Assembly (NCBI GenBank): GCA_964016885.1
Contig: OZ024741.1
Coordinates: 325,128,001 to 325,192,000 of the forward strand
From: Eledone cirrhosa
Lineage: Eukaryota
Direction: 5' to 3'
DNA length: 64,000 bases
Shown: in pieces, positions 62,953 through 64,000 of the stretch
Numbering within the stretch: the first letter of the stretch is position 1
Layout of the letters: the number at the start of each line of letters is the position of its first letter
Position numbers and translations under genes: made by a program
The notes under the pieces: generated by a model
Database searches by the model: none
What the model saw: only the letters and a program-made list of their open reading frames with translations
What the model was told of the DNA's origin: nothing

Positions 62953-64000
62953 TTGAGAGTTGGCTGTTTGAACGCGCGTGGCCTGGGCTCAGCTTGGAAG
63001 CAAGCAAAGCTACTAAGTGACCTCAGGTCACGAAATATAGATGTGATGGTTGTTTGCGAGAGTCGGATCAGCAGCGTGCGACAGCTGGCTCCCGCCTTCG
63101 ATGACTTTGAGATGCACGCATCTCTCTGTCAACCCGGAGGCGGGGGGGGGGGGAGTTGCCGTACTGCTGGATAAACGTCTGGCTCTCGACGTACAGATTG
63201 TTCACTCGGACCCGGGGGGTCGATTACTGGTGCTGGACGTCGGAGGCGGTGAAGGCGGGGCTTTCAGACTGGTCGGTCTTTATGCCCCCTTCAGGGCTGA
63301 AAGAGCCGACTTCTTCCAGCGTCTGGAGACTTTTCTAGGAACGTCGCGTTCCCTGCTTTTAGTGGGGGACTGGAATGGAATCCTAGATGCGCGTTGGGAC
63401 TATGCAGGGGCATGTCCCGATAGAGGGGGGTGTAGCAGCCTCAAGGGGTTACTCGATCGATTCGACCTGGTCGATAGATTTCGACTAGATTGTCCAACTG
63501 CGCCAACCTGGACCTGGGCAAACCGCAGTGGACATTCTAGATCCTACCTAGATAGGTTTTTGGTTAGGAGTAAGGATATGTCCAGAATTGATCATGGTTG
63601 GCTATTCAGATCACAAATTAGTGACCTGCGTGGTCAACCTTGATAGAACGCATAGACAGGGTCCCGGTTACTGGAAGATGAACTTGTCCTTGGCGGCAAA
63701 GAAAGATTACAGGAACCGGATTAGTAGCTTAGTTAAGATGCGGTTGACGGGAGCGATCGTCAACAGTAGGTGGTGGGTATCTCTAAAGAGAGAGATTAGA
63801 GTAAGTTCGATAGGTTACAGTAAGGAACTAGCGGCGAATAGAAATAGGAAGGAAAGGGAGTTAACAGATAAACTAGAAGAGGCGATTAGGAGCGGAGACG
63901 TAGCCAGAGTGTTAGCGGCGAGAACGGCGTTGAGCCAGTTCTTTGACGCGAAGCACGAAGGCTGCGTTGTCCGAAGTAAAATACGTGCTTTAGGAAACGA
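62953..64000 (+). pseudogene. ORF2 (APE endonuclease) of a Tx1/L1-like LINE, frameshifted, runs off the window
   Basis: RVGCLNARGL, GGVAVL, DPGGRLL, LYAP, VGDWNGILD, WTW, SYLDRF, SDH, GPGYWKMN; frameshift in the G-run near 63150 and a deletion near 63590. Confidence 0.85.

Overview
AT-rich, (TA)n-saturated eukaryotic DNA. The SINE and LINE complement suggests a cephalopod (octopus-like) genome, which is an inference. Host content: (i) the last coding exon (801-935) of an upstream gene whose KEN-box/D-box C-terminus resembles kinesin-5 KIF11/Eg5; (ii) a complete six-exon ERI1 3'-5' exoribonuclease gene (SAP + DEDDh domains, 15894-51451, + strand, 409 aa after splicing). Nearly everything else is mobile DNA. 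Two degenerate CsRn1-clade Ty3/Gypsy elements (CHCC Gag, tRNA-Trp PBS, G-GGA-AAC -1 slip site) appear nested and run up to about 250 bp before the ERI1 ATG. The 26.5-kb ERI1 intron 2 holds one intact 1039-aa RTE LINE with an internal PHD finger, one near-intact RTE of a second family, a mosaic of RTE 3' fragments, and a Naiad-like Penelope element. There are also Nin-domain tRNA-SINEs (including a tandem array after ERI1), several MITEs, and a degenerate Tx1/L1-like element at the right edge. The most unusual signals are a recurrent class of (TA)n-embedded 'fold-back + one-sided tail' inserts, some with hammerhead-ribozyme cores; a two-copy ~165-bp repeat with full hammerhead topology but a variant CAGAAGA core; and a 29x40-bp intronic minisatellite in which every unit carries a perfect p53-type half-site.
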